From: Mobula hypostoma
Taxonomy: Eukaryota
Direction: 5' to 3'
Length of the DNA: 64,000 nucleotides
Assembly: GCF_963921235.1 (NCBI RefSeq)
Contig: NC_086107.1
Span: 104,100,001 to 104,164,000 of the forward strand
The translations under genes and the position numbers were made by a program. Below the pieces are notes generated by a model, which worked only from the letters and a program-made list of their open reading frames with translations, ran no database searches and was not told the DNA's origin. Shown piece by piece: positions 50,359 through 63,769 of the stretch (within the stretch, counting starts at the first letter, position 1; each line of letters opens with the position of its first letter).

Positions 50359-51108
50359 ATAAATAGATAAGTCAATTACAGTATATATCTATTGAATAGA
50401 TTAAATATCGTGCAAAAAACAGAAAAACTGTTTATTAAAAAAAGTGAGGTAGTGTCCAAGGGTTCAATGTCCATTTAGGAATCAGATGGCAGAGGGGAAG
50501 GAGCTGTTCCTGAATCGCTGAGTGTGTGCCTTCAGGCTTCTGTATCTCCTACCTGATGGTAACAGTGAGAAAAGGGCATGTCCTGGGTGCAGGAGATCCT
50601 TAATAATGGATGCTTCCTTTCTGAGACACCACTCCCTAAAGATGTCCTGGGTACTTTGTAGGCTAATACCCAAGATGGAGCTGACTAGATTTACAACCTT
50701 CTGCAGCTTCTTTCGGTCCTGTGCAGTAGCCCCCCCATACCAGACAGTGATGCACCCTGTCAGAATGCTCTCCACAGTACATCTATAGAAGTTTTTGAGT
50801 GTATCTGTTGACAAACCAAATCTCTTCAAACTCCTAATGAAGTATAGACGCTATCTTGCCTTCTTTATAATACATCGATATGTTGGGACCAGGTTAGATC
50901 CTCAGAGATCTTGTCACCCAGGAACTTGAAGCTGTTCACTCTCTCCACTTCTCATCCCCCTCTGAGGATTGATATGTGTTCCTTCATCTTACCCTTCCTG
51001 AAGGCCACCATCAGCTCTTTCGTCTTACTGACATCCAGTGCCAGGTTGTTGCTGTGACATCACTCAACTAGTTGGCATATCTCGCTCCTGTACGCCCTCT
51101 CGTCACCT
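50210..51108 (-). mobile_element. Rex1/Babar-like LINE fragment including an (ATAA)n(GATA)n microsatellite at about 50305-50370
   Basis: ORF 50482-50829 FYRCTVESILTGCITVWYG...LLPSGRRYR; (aatcag)n tail. Confidence 0.85.
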
Positions 51109-53641
51109 TGCTGACACCTTGACAAATTGCTTGGTATGTGAAGGTTCAGTCGGTGTGGTGCTGAGCTGGGTGTATCTGGGAGGTTGTGGTTCACCCTAGG
51201 GTCTACTGACGCAACTGATAGTGAGCAAACTTTCAATAGGCAGCCTGTCGTTTGTGTCACAACCCACAGCTCCAACGACCCTGGTTCAGCCCTGACCTCC
51301 TCTGCTGCCTGGGTGCTCCGCTTTCCTCCCACATCCCAAAGAGGGATTAGCTTTATTTGTCGCAGGTACATCGATATGAAGTGTGTCTTTTGCTTCGGGA
51401 ATGTGCTGCGGGCAGTTCGCGAGTGTCGCCATGCTTCCGGTGCCAAAATAGCATGCCCGCAGATCAAACCCGTACGTTTGGGAACGCAGGAGGGAAATGG
51501 AGCATCCGGAGTGGTCATGGGGAGAATGTATAAACCCTTTACAGACAGCCGCAGGATCTGAACCCTGATCTTAGAGTTGGCACTGTAATAGCATAATGGT
51601 AACTGGTAGGGTGCTATTCTGCCCCCAAAGGCGTGCGGCTTGGTCAGATAATCTGGTCGCCTTGCTTTGGAATGAATGAATGAATTGACTTTATTACCTA
51701 CATCCTTCATATACATGAGTAGTAAAAATCTTTACGTTAACATCTCTGTCTGAATGTGCAATGTGCAATTTATAATAAATAGTATATACAGCAGGATAGT
51801 CACTATAACATAGAAATACCATTGTATCAGCGTGAATTAATCAGTCTGATGGCCTGGTGGAAGAAGATGTCCCAGAGCCTGTTGGTCCTGGCTTTTATGC
51901 TGAGGTACTGTTTCCTGGATGGTAGCAGCTGGAACAGTTTGTGGTTGGGGTGACTCAGGTCCCCAGTGATCCTTCAGGCCCTTTTTACACACCTGTCTCT
52001 GTAAATGTCCTGACCAGTGGGAAGTTCACATCTACAGATGTGCTGGGCTGTCCGCACCACTCTCTGCAGAGACCTGCAATTGAGGGAAGTACAGTTCCCA
52101 TACCAGGCAGTGATGCAGCCAGTCAGGATGCTCTCAATTGTGCTCCTGTAGAAGGATGTTGTTCAACTGAAAAGGGTGTAAATAAATTCACATGGGTGTC
52201 AGCAGGTCGGAAATGTCTGAGCTATAAGGAGAAGCTGAAAAGCTGGGACCCTCTCCCCTGGAATGAAGGATGACTTTACAGAGGTATATAACAGCATGAG
52301 GGAGTAGAGATGGTCAATCAGTTTCCCAGGATAGGGGAATCTAAAACTAAAGGGTATAAATTTGATGTGAAAGGCAAAAGGGGACCTTAGGGGAAGTTTC
52401 GCATACTGAGGGTGGTGGAATGAACTGCCAAAAGAAAGTGGTAGAAGCGGGTGGAACTGCAACACTTAAAATTCACATGGGCAGGTTTGTGGATAAGGAA
52501 CGTCTGGTGGGATATGGGCCAATTGTGGGGGAAACGGGACTGGCTCAGGTAGATGAGTTGGGCTGAATACATTGGCACTCTGGGACCCCCTGAAGTTGTG
52601 GAAAGTCCCTCTTGTGCAACATTAGGATTGGGGTTGGAAACTTTGCATCTTCTCACTTCTCTTCGACAGGAGGTAACATTAAATAAATCTGCTGAAACAT
52701 GGAACTTATTTAAACTCTAACTAATTATTGGCATTGGTTTATTATTGTCACGTGTACTGAGATACGGTGAAAAGCCTAGTGTAACAGCTACAGGGAAAGT
52801 GCAGGTGGAGATGAAGTGCAGGATCATAACGAGGTCGACTGTGAGATCAAGAGTCTTTCTAATAGTACAAGAGGCCCACTCAACAGACTGATAACAGCTG
52901 TCCTTGAGCCTGGTAGTACGTGCGTTCAGGCTTTCTTATCTTCTGCCTGATGGGAGAGGGGAGAAGCGGGAACGTCCAGAGGGAATGGGTAGCTTTACTG
53001 AGGCAGCGAGAAGGACAGACAGAGCCCATAGAGGAGAGGCCGGTTTCCCTGATACGCTGAGCTGTGTCCACAACTAACAATAAATTTGTGAGCCGCAGAT
53101 GCCTTGTGGGGAAATTTCCACTGAGGTCCCCTTGTGGTATTGACTCATCTCAGTACTTCGGCTGGAAGAGTATCACATTGCATGAGGGACACAGGAGCAA
53201 CTCCCCCCCCCCCCAGCTCTTTGCTCCTCACCGTGATGATTACTATAGGTACCGCAGTTACTGGAACTAGGGGACCTAGCCTCAAGATTTGGAGGAGTAG
53301 ATTTAAGACGAAGATGAGGAGGAATAGTTTTTCCCCAGAGAGTGGTGAATCTGTAGAATTCTCTGCCCAATGAAGCCGTGGAAGCTACCTCAGTAAATAT
53401 ATTTAAGACAAGGTTGGATAGATTTTTTGCATAGTGGGGGAATTAAGGGTTATGGGGAAAAGGCAGGTAGGTGGAGATGAGTCCATGGCCAGATCAGCCA
53501 TGACCTTATCGAATGGCGGAGCAGGGTCGACGGGCCAGATGGCCGACTCCTGCTCCTGTTTCTTGCGTTCTTATACTTTCTGCACCTCCATTTGAAGTTG
53601 GCGTGACCGAGAACGTTACTAACGCTCCCTGTTCCTTGCAG

Positions 53642-53742
53642 CCCTGATGGACATTCAGTTCACCAACACCGGCATCCTGATTAAAGGAAGAAAGAGTGCT
53701 CGCTTCCTGTGCTCACACACCAACAACACCCTGTACAGCACG
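53642..53742 (+). CDS. FGF21: Endocrine FGF, coding exon 2
   Basis: Perfect TACTAAC branch point (53617-53623), pyrimidine tract, cag acceptor and gtgagt donor. 101 nt, phase 1 to 0 (the typical FGF middle exon is 104 nt). (T)LMDIQFTNTGILIKGRKSARFLCSHTNNTLYST matches FGF21 LLQLKALKPGVIQILGVKTSRFLCQRPDGALYGS. Confidence 0.88.
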
Positions 53743-56700
53743 GTGAGTGGCGGGCCATGCATCTCCTTTCGGTTGGGAAGTGCAGAATCTCATTGGTGCT
53801 TGTTTGATGGTCAGGTTATGTACTATATGAGGATGGTCCAACCTCAGTCTATTAATGGTTAACATGCAGTCTGGTTAATCAGTTTTATTAACTAATTATT
53901 AACAGGCTTTGACTGCAAAGGCATTGACAGAGTGCATGTGGAGAGAGTAGGGGAGCCTAGGACCAAAGGGTATAGCCTCAGAATACAAGGCTATCCCCTT
54001 AGAACAGAGATGAGGAGGAATCTCTTTTGCCAGAGGGTGGTGAGCCTGTGGAATGCATTGCCGCAGACGGCTGTGGTGGCCAAGTCATTGGGTATGTTTA
54101 AAGCAGAGATTGATAGGCTCTTGAGTAGTAAGGCCTTCAAAGGTTATGAGGAGAAGGCAGGGGAATGGGGCTGAGGAGGATGATAAGTTAGACAATAGAC
54201 AATAAGCAATAGGTGCAAGAGTAGGCCATTCGGCCCTTCGAGCCATCGCCGCCATTCACTGTGATCATGGCTGATCATCCACAATCAGTTAGCCACAATG
54301 GAATGGCAGAGCAGACTCGATGGGCCGAACAGCCTAATTCTGCTCCTATGTCTAATGGTTTTAGAGAATGTTGGGTCCTCCCGCCTCAGTGCATGGAAGC
54401 ACCTCAGTTCCTACACCCACTCTGCTGACAGCCATCTCTCCATCCCAATTCATCTCCCTTATTCGCCTCTACGTCCAAGAGGCTACAGAAATGAGACACG
54501 TCCCCTTTGACCCTCCCCGACTTTTACTGATGCGCCACAAAGAGCATCCTGTCCATGGCTTGGAACTGTTCGGCCCGCGACCGGGAGAAACCGCAGAGAG
54601 CTGTAAACCCAGCTCAGCGCATCACAGAAACCACGGACTCTGTCTACACTTCTCACGGCCTTGGTAAAGCAGCCAGCCTAATGATTACCACTACCCTGGA
54701 TAGCCTTTCTTCTCCTTCTCCCACTGGGAAGAGGATAGAACAGCCTGAATGCGCACACCCAGCAGGCTCAAGGACAACTTCTGGCCGGCTGTTTTAAGCC
54801 CTCTCGCACTATAAGATAGACTCTTGACCTCACAATCTACTTCTACACTTTCTCCGTAACTGAAACATTATATTCTGTATTCTATTCTTGTTTCCCTTGA
54901 ACTATCTTATGTGTGGATGGCATGCAAAACAAAGTTCCAAAGTTCTTCACTGTATCTCAGAACATGTACATAAACCAGTTCATCCTATTCTATTTCATCT
55001 GGATTTCTAGTAGCAATGGATGAGTAGATATCTCTTCTGATTAAACCTTTGTCTTTGCTTTCTGCCGAATTCTCCATTCCCGAATGCTGCCTTCATCCTT
55101 TGCCCAATCTAGGCATTCCACCTCTGACCTCTGACCCACTGTATCACCAAGGTGAGTGACTGTACTTGCACACCGCAGCCAACAGAGCCACAGCCTCACA
55201 GCTTCAGAGAACTTGGTTCGGTTCTGATCCCGGGCGCCATCTGGGTGGAATTCGCACTTGATCCCCATAGCCACACATTTCCCCTGGGAGCCCCTGTTTC
55301 CTAACCCATCCTGAAGTTTGGTGGGGTTGGTAGGCTAGTTGGCCACTGCAAATTGCCCCCAAGTGTGTGGGTGAGCAGTGGAGTCTGGAGAGAAGGTCAA
55401 TGAAAATGCTCGGAGAACAATAAAACAGATTATTGTAGGATAAATCTAAATGTATTGATGGTCAGCACAGACTTAATGGGCTGAATAGCCTGTTTCAGTG
55501 GAGTATATCTCTCAATGATCTTTCAGTCTTTTCAGTACGGTGGCCTGTGAAGGCTTGATCTGCTCGGATGTGACATCTCCACTGATCGGTTGGAAACACA
55601 CTTTTTCTTCAGAAACTCATCCAAAATGCTATTGTCCACCCTCACACTGCCACCAAGCCCCTTTCATCTGTTACTCCTCTGGTTTGGTCTTTCAAACTCT
55701 TGGATTTAAGATTCCAGTGACTTCAGATCTCCATGGGCCTTTTGTATAAACAAACTTTTCACCCATTAGAATCTACCTGCTTTTCCTGTTCTAGTCTCTC
55801 GATCTCCACAGGTCAGTCTAGACTAGAGTCTGAGTTTGGAGCCTTCTGCCTCTCAACCTCTCCGTCTTTAAAACGCCCCAACAAATCTGATTTCATCCAA
55901 ACCGCTGGCCACTCGTCCAACTGCTTCCTTTCTGTGTCAGTTCTGCGTTGATTTTTTCCCCCTCTATTTCACTCCTGTAGAATGCTTAGGAATTTTATTG
56001 GCATCAAGGGCACAATTGGAATGCAGGTTGGTGATGTTGGCAAGATAAAAATAAAACAAAATACTGCACGTTTCCTGGTTTACGGTTTTGGCTCAGCATC
56101 ACCAGAAGCAGGGAAAATCAAGATAAAATCTAGACTATGTAGCTGAGAAGCTCCACAGTATCATAGGGGCGGGGAGCTCTGTGACAGCCAGGCCATGTTT
56201 TTAAGACATTTTTATAAAACAATCTTAACAATATTAAGGTTTAATGTTCTTAACATGTTTTCTTTAAACCAGTTTCCTTTATGTGTTGAAAGCAAGGTGG
56301 CATTTTAGAAGCCTGACAGAAAGGATACCAGTCAGATTTTCCCAGTGGTTAGGGATTGGGGTATGTTGTCTGGTTAATATACAGGTACTTTGGCACAGCT
56401 GGTAAAACTACTGTCTCACGGCTCCAACAACCAGTTCAATCTGCACCTCGGGTGCTGGCTGTGTGGAGTTTCCACGTTCTTCTTGCGACCAGCTTCCGAC
56501 TGATGCTCCCAATTTCCTTTCACTGAACGTGGCTGCGCAAGTGACCGTGGTAGTAAAGACGGCAGAAGGCACGCTTGCCTTCGTTGGTAGGGCTGTTGAG
56601 CACAGGAGCAAGGAATTTGTGCTGCAGCTGCAGAAAACGTTATTCAGGGCCTTGGAGTATTGTGTTCAGTGCTCGTCACGTAATTATAGGATGGGTATGC

Positions 56701-59700
56701 AGATTGTGGAGAGAGTGCAGATGTTTACCAGGATGCTGTCTGGCTTAGAAAATATGAGCCATAAGAAGCTGGACAATTCACAGTAGCGTAACAGTTAGCA
56801 TGACTTGGGGCGTCGGAGTTCAGAGTTCAATTCCAACGTCACAAGGTACAAAGTAAATGGCAGGATACTTGGTAGTGTGGAGGAGCAGAGGGATCTCGGG
56901 GTACATGTCCACAGATCCCTGAGAGTTGCCTCACAGGTGGATAGGGTAGTTAAGAAAGCTTATGGGGTGTTGGCTTTCATAAGTCGAGGGATAGAGTTTA
57001 AGAGTCACGATGTAATGATGCAGCTCTATAAAACTCTGATTAGGCCACAATTGGAGTACTGTGTCCAGTTCTGGTCACCTCACTATAGGAAGGATGTGGA
57101 AGCATTGGGAAGGGTACAGAGGAGATTTATCAGGATGCTGCCTGGTTTAGAGAGTATGCATTATGATCAGAGATTAAGGGAGCTCGGGCTTTACTCTTTG
57201 GAGAGAAGGAGGATGAGAGGAGACATGATAGAGGTGTACAAGATAATAAGAGGAATAGATAGAGTGGATAGCCAGCGCCTCTTCCCCAGAGCACCACTGC
57301 TCAATACAAGAGGACATGGCTTTAAGGTAAGGGGTGGGAAGCTCAAGGGGGATATTAGAGGAAGGTTTTTTACTCAGAGAGTGGTTGGTGCGTGGAATGC
57401 ACTGCCTGAGTTAGTGGTGGAGGCAGATACACTAGTGAAGTTTAAGAGACTACTGGACAAATATATGGAGGATTTTAAGGTGGGGGATTATATGGGAGGC
57501 AGGGTTTGAGGGTTGGCACAACCATGCTGTACTATTCTATGTTCTATGTTCTATGTTCTATGTCACCTGTAAGTAGTCTGCACGTCCTCTCTGAGAATGT
57601 GTAGGTTTCCCCCCGGTGCTCTGAATTCCTCCCACAGTCCAAAGATTCACAGTACATCTATTGTCAAAGTGGTTGGTTGGCATCCGTCTGTCTCAAAGGA
57701 CAATAGGTGATGATGATCATCACAAGCCTGGGTGGAAGGTGTGGAGATCCTGAGATGCCCAGTCATCAAGATCCCCCTCTTGGCCTCACCAGTGCAGTCC
57801 AAAGGAAAGCTTATGAAGCCATACATCTGGCACCAGCTTGGCTGCAGGAGCTGCTGGAAGGAAGTTCAATGACGTCCGGCCGCTTTAGGGGCTCCACTCC
57901 GGATTTGCCATCTGGGCTTACTCCCGTAACCTTTGTCTCTCCTGAGGCTGCCCACAAGGCAGTGGGGCACTGGGGATCTGATTCACAAGCACCAGGGGTG
58001 TGTCCACACGTAGGTGGGCCTGGGCAAGGGCATGTGTGCAAGGGCCAGACCTCCTCCCCACACTCTGTGGTTCAGCCCAATTCCAAAAGGAGTTCGTTTA
58101 TTGCCAGCAAGGAGGCACTACATGAGGCTTCCTGTTGGAGAGGGTATGCACTATATTATCAACGTATGTATGCGGTGTACAACCCTGAAATTCATCTTCC
58201 CCACAGACAGTCATGAAACAAAGAAGAACAATGGAAACAACCAAATATCAAACATCAATCCCCCCTTCTCACCCCTCGTGCAAAAAAAAGGGCAAACGGC
58301 AACAACAAAAAAGAGCGAAAGACACAGAATGTGAAACTCAAAATCAAAAGGCTTATTTCAGCTCAGTGTTTGTGGCCTGTAGGTCGTCCTGATTCAAAAA
58401 TCGCCCAAACGCAGTAACAATACAGAAGCAGCCAGAACTAGAACTAGAACACGTTATAAACCTGAATTAGAGTCCAAACCTACATCCACACTGATCAAAC
58501 CTCGCTCCGGCACCATCCCCTGACAGCATTGAGGGTTAAAAGGTTAATTGTCCCATGATTAGTCTCGTATTGCTTTTGTGGGTTGCTGGCAGCGGGGCTC
58601 AAAGGGCTGGAAGCGACTATTCTGTGTGGTATCTCTAACTAAATAAAATCTGGGTTGCTGTCCCTCAGAAGCTGAGTGGAGACCTGATGGAGGTTTTTAA
58701 GATTTACCATGCCCATGGTCTGCTCTTTATCAAATTATGGCATTGCTTTGCACTGTTGTAACTATATGTTATAATTATGTGGGTCTGTCAGTGTTAGTCT
58801 TTGGTTTGTCCTCTTTTTCTGTGATATCACTCTGGAGGAACATTGTATCATTTCTTAATGCATGCATGCATTTCTAAATGACAATAAACGAGGACTGAGT
58901 GTCCTCATAATCTAATCGAAAAAGATTATGAGGCATAGATAGGGTAGACAGTCAGAAACTTTTCCCCAGGGTAGAAATGGCAGATCACAATCAGAATCAG
59001 GTTTACTATCACCGGCGTGTGTCGTGAAATTTAACTTAGCAGCAGCAGTTAAATGCAGTACATAATACAGAAGAAGAAGAAATAATAATGATAAATAAGT
59101 AAATCAATTACAGTATATATATATATAGAATTGATTAAAAATTGTGCAGAAACAAAAATAAATATTAGAAAAGTGAGGTGGTGTCCATTCAACGTTCATT
59201 TAGGAATCGGATGGCAGAGGGGAAGAAGATATCAGAGGATATGCTGTTAAGGTTGAGGGGGTGAGGTGTTTAAAGGCAAGTTTTTTTACGCAGAGAGGGG
59301 AAGATGTCTGGAATAGGTTACCAAGAGTGGCCGTGGAAACAGGCAGTTTGGTGGGGATTTAGGGGTGTTCAGATGGTCATGAATACAAAGAGAACGGAGG
59401 TTTATGGATGATAGGAGGACATTTAGTATAAATTGGCATCGAGATCAACACACCATGGGCCAAGTGGCCAGTCCAGTGTTTAACTGCTCTAAGCAGATCC
59501 TGAAGACGCGTGGGTTGGTGGTTAATTGGCTGTTGTCAGTAGGTGGTGGGAGGCTCAGAGGTGTGTTGGTGGGATGTGAGAGAGACTAGCTTGCAGAGGA
59601 ATGGAATAGCAATGGGTCTGCTGTTGTAAGGCGAAACGTGGAGGAGGTGGGAGACTACTACTTACATCAGAACTGATAAAGAGACACGGAAGCCGTGGTA

Positions 59701-60529
59701 GTAGGGTCACGGTTAGCGCGTCACTGTTACAGCTGTGGGGCAACGGGAGTTCAGAGTTCAGAGTTCAGTCCCTGCGGTTTTCCCCGGGTGCCCTGGTTTC
59801 TTCCCACAGTCCAAAGACGTACCGGGTAGGTTAACTGGTCATTGTTAAATTGTCCCATGATTGGGTTAGGGTCAAATCGGGGTTGCTGAGCAGTGCAGCT
59901 CGAAGGGCCTATTCCGCACTGTATAAATTGAAGCCGGTTGATCCCGAGTAGCACACGTAATAATAATAATAGGCATCCATTAGTCTCGTGAGACCATGGA
60001 TTTGGAAGATTTCCAGGCCTGGGCAAGGTTGTATGGAAGACCAGCAGTTGCCCATGCTGCAAGTCTCCCCTCTCCACACCACCAATGTTGTCCAAGGGAG
60101 GGGCATTAGGACCCATACGGCTTGGCACCAGTGTCGTTGCAGAGCAATGTGTGGTTAAGTGCCTTGCTCAAGGACACAACACGTTCCCTCAGCTGGGGCT
60201 CGAACTCACGACCTTCAGGTCACTAGACTGACGCCTTAACCACCTGGCCACGCGCCAACACAGTAGCACACAAAATGCTGGAGAAACTCACTAGATTGGG
60301 CAGCATCTCTGAGGGGGAATGGACAGTCGGTGTTTTGGCTCGAGGCCTCTCATCGGGACTGGAGAGAGAGAGTGGGGGAGGGGAAGGAGATCGCCAGTGT
60401 GCAAGCGAAAAGGTGGAGGGAAGGGGCGGTGAGCAGGGAAGTGAGAGTGGGAATGGTCTCAGGTAGGTAGAAGTGACTATGGGTCAAAGATGACAGGACA
60501 GTGGAGCACGGGACAGAGCGAGGTGAAGA

Positions 60530-60835
60530 TCAGAACAGGTGGGGGAAGTTTGCAGATGATGGACAGACGGAGGGGAGGAGAGGGGAGACAGACAGGTAAT
60601 GGGGGCCGTTTGGATCAGGTGGGGGAGTTTGCAGGTGATGGACAGACGGAAGGCAGGGGAGAGGAGACAGGTAATGGGGGCCGTTTGGATCAGGTGGGGG
60701 GAGTTTGCAGGTGATGGACAGACAGAGGGAGGGGAGACAGGTAATGAGGGCCGTTTGGATCAGGTGGGGGGAGTTTGCAGGTGATGGACAGATGGAGGGG
60801 AGGGGAAACAGGTAATGGGGGCCATTTGGATGAGG
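60530..60835. repeat. G-rich tandem repeat of about 70 bp, about 4 copies, just upstream of FGF exon 3
   Basis: ggatcaggtggggggagtttgcaggtgatggacaga...acaggtaatgggggccgttt recurs at about 60612, 60687 and 60757. Confidence 0.9.
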
Positions 60836-60971
60836 AGCAGAGTGAAAAGAGACATTGGGGAGAGAAAGGGACGTTGGGGGGGGGGGGACTTTGTGAATTC
60901 GAGGTTGGAAACCTGAGCACTCATTGCAGTTTTACGATCTTCACAACTCTGAACCCTATGTCTGCTTTCAG

Positions 60972-61145
60972 CCCGAGCCAACAGAGAACTGCAAATTTAC
61001 GGAGGGCACCGCCGGCAACCCGTTAAGTAACGACGACGACCTTCAACCACGCAGCCCTCCACAGGCGGAGAAGGACCGCGAATGCATGCAACCCGGAAGG
61101 CTCAATCCCAATTCAGCAGATCCGCTGGGAATGCTGGTGTGTTGA
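60972..61145 (+). CDS. FGF21: Endocrine FGF, coding exon 3 (short, internally deleted)
   Basis: Acceptor tgtctgctttcag, phase 0. PEPTENCKFTE matches the FGF C-x-F-x-E motif. The C-terminal NSADPLGMLV matches FGF21 SSDPLSMV, FGF19 DSMDPFGLV and FGF23 SDPLGVV. TGA at 61143-61145; ATTTA elements follow in the 3' UTR. Confidence 0.8.
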   Translation, partial: PEPTENCKFTEGTAGNPLSNDDDLQPRSPPQAEKDRECMQPGRLNPNSADPLGMLVC

Positions 61146-62549
61146 GATAGATACACATCACGGCTCTGAAGTTCAGCAATAGCCTCAGATATTATTTATT
61201 TAAACAGTTATCCATCACTATGAATGAATTGTTTTATTTATGCTAAGGTTATCTACATACTGTGAAAGGCTGACGCTGGTTTATTTTGGTAACCCTTTTT
61301 ATATAAATGGTTGTTCGATATTTGCAAGGCGTCTCTGACTTCTCAGTTTCTTCTGGCACAAAATAGGGGACATCTCCCCGTGTTGGCTGCTGGGGTGGGG
61401 TGGGGAGAGGATTGGTTTAGTCACTGATATGGAAATTTGGACTGGGCTCCTGGTTAATCCGACTACTAAACCAGGACTAGTCAACCTCGTCACTGGTGAG
61501 AGGTGTAGAGTAATCCGGTAACAACGCCCTCCACCCCAAAAAAAAACAAGGGCTCAAGTTCCAAAAATAATTTTAAATCGGGTAAGAACCTCTCTAATCT
61601 ACTGCCCATTACGCCACCGGAGTTGAGGGCAGCAGTGAAGATCCCCAGATCCCCATCGCTGGCGATGTTGGTTTTCACCACCGTCAATCATGCAAATCCC
61701 GGTTGGAGACTCAGGAATACCGTCGCACTCAGATGTAGAAGGCTTCATTCGCTAGTTCCGTAACGATTTTGTTTGACCAGTCAGGGTTGTTGGACTAGAT
61801 TTGAACCCCCGAACTTGGAGGACTGGTGGACCACTCCTAGTCGGGCCTCTACCCTTTGACCTGTTTGGCATGGGTGACCCTACCAAGTCCCAAAGCGTAA
61901 ATCCCTGACTCCAGCCAACATAGCTCTCCGGGTCACTCTGAGGCACGCATGCCTCCAACCCAACACAAGGCTGTGGTGCTCTTGGAGGAGTTAACAATAT
62001 AAAACCTAGAATCTAGCTAACAAAAATACTGAACAAGATTTGATATCACCCACAAATGTTGTGAAATTTGTTAACATAGTGATTAATAACCACAAAACTG
62101 TGCAATTTTTGGCTCTAATGCTCTTTAGAGAAGACCAGGTTCAGCCTAACCGGAGACTGCCCCTGAAATGACATAATGAGGCATTCAGTCATATGATTGC
62201 ATGGCCTCAATCTGAAACATTGACCTCCACAGATGCTGCCTGACCTGCTGAGTTCTTCCAGCAGTTTAGTTTTTGCTCCAGATTCCAGCACCTGCAGCCT
62301 CTTGTGTCTCCACAGAATGACCTACCACTGCATTCCTTCCATACGTTTAAGAAGTTCTGATTGGCCAGGTCATCAAGGGATATGGTGAGAGGGCAGGTGT
62401 ATGGGGTTGAATGGGATCCGGGATCAGCCATGATGTAATGATGGAGCGGACTCAAAGGCGTAACTTCATGACTAAGTGATGAGGAAAATGCCAGTGTTTT
62501 CAAATAACTTTGTCAAGAGCGGACACTGGCATTACAGATAAGAACTGCA

Positions 62550-63085
62550 CGTAGTAGCCACTTTACTAGGTACAAGAGGAAAACCTGGCATGGTCCTCCA
62601 CTTTTGTAGCCCATCCACTTCAAGGTTTGGCGTGTTGCGCATTTAGAGATGCTCTTTTGCACACCACCGTTGTAATGTGTGGTTATTACAGTCGCCCTCC
62701 TATCAGTTTGAAATGGTCTGGCCATTCTCCTCTGACCTCTCTTAACAAGATGTTTTCACCCTCAGAACGGCCACTCAGTGGGTGCTTATTCCCCCCCCAC
62801 CCACCCCCGCGCATCATTCTCTGTAAATTCTTGGTGATTGTTGTGTATGAAAATCCCAGGAGAGCCACAGTTTCTGAGATACTCAAACCACCCTGTCTGG
62901 CACCAACTGTCAAAGTTACTTAGATCACATTTCTTCCCCCATTCTGATGTTTGGTCAGAATGATGACTGAACCTCTTGACCATGTCAGCATGCTTTTATG
63001 CACCGAATTGCTGCCACGTGATTGGCTGGTTACCAGACAAGTTAACAGTACAGGGGTGTATCCAATAAAGTGACCACTGCATGTA
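62550..63085 (-). mobile_element. Non-autonomous Tc1/mariner-type transposon, same family as 15261-15794
   Basis: Degenerate TIRs gtagccactttact / aataaagtgaccactg; ARQGGLSISETVALLGFS and QTLKWMGY transposase remnants. Confidence 0.8.
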
Positions 63086-63769
63086 GTTCCTAAGAACAAT
63101 GTACACCAGCAACCAAGGGCTTGTCTGCACCCAGAGGACGGTACAGTAACTGACCTCTACTCAGTTACAATCACCAAAACTTCCTCAATAAGCAAAGCAC
63201 AAAGCACATTTTAATACTTTTATTTGAGATTGAAGGAATATGGTGGATGTGATACTGGTGCAAGGATGCACGACAACCTTTGGAAATTAAGAGACGGTTA
63301 TAAACCGCACTTGAAAGAAAAGGGCAACACTCAGAAAGGTGGTGCACAAATATTGTGTCAGATGAACAAAAATGCAATATGCAAGTAATGATCAGCCCCA
63401 AGTGACCATGGCAGTCACATTAATTAGGAAGCGGCCGACATCCACTAGCAAGAAATCAGGATAACATCAGGTGTAGCTTTGGCAGGGTTTACTGAAAGCC
63501 ATGCTACTTTTAAATAGCTGTATTTCTGATTAAGCTCCCAAGGTACATGCTTTGGAGATGTTTTTTTTGTGTCATTTACTGACATTTTGTGGAGAATTAG
63601 AGCACAGCCCAGTCAGTTCCAAGTCAACAGCAGCACTGACAAGGCATTTTGTGAGTTAAAGGTACTGAAACAAGGATGCAAGCCCTTGGTAAAGACAAAC
63701 ACAACGTCACAATCTTTCAAGTAACACCGATGATGATATCAGGACTGGCAGAGGTTTTGAATTTGATTT

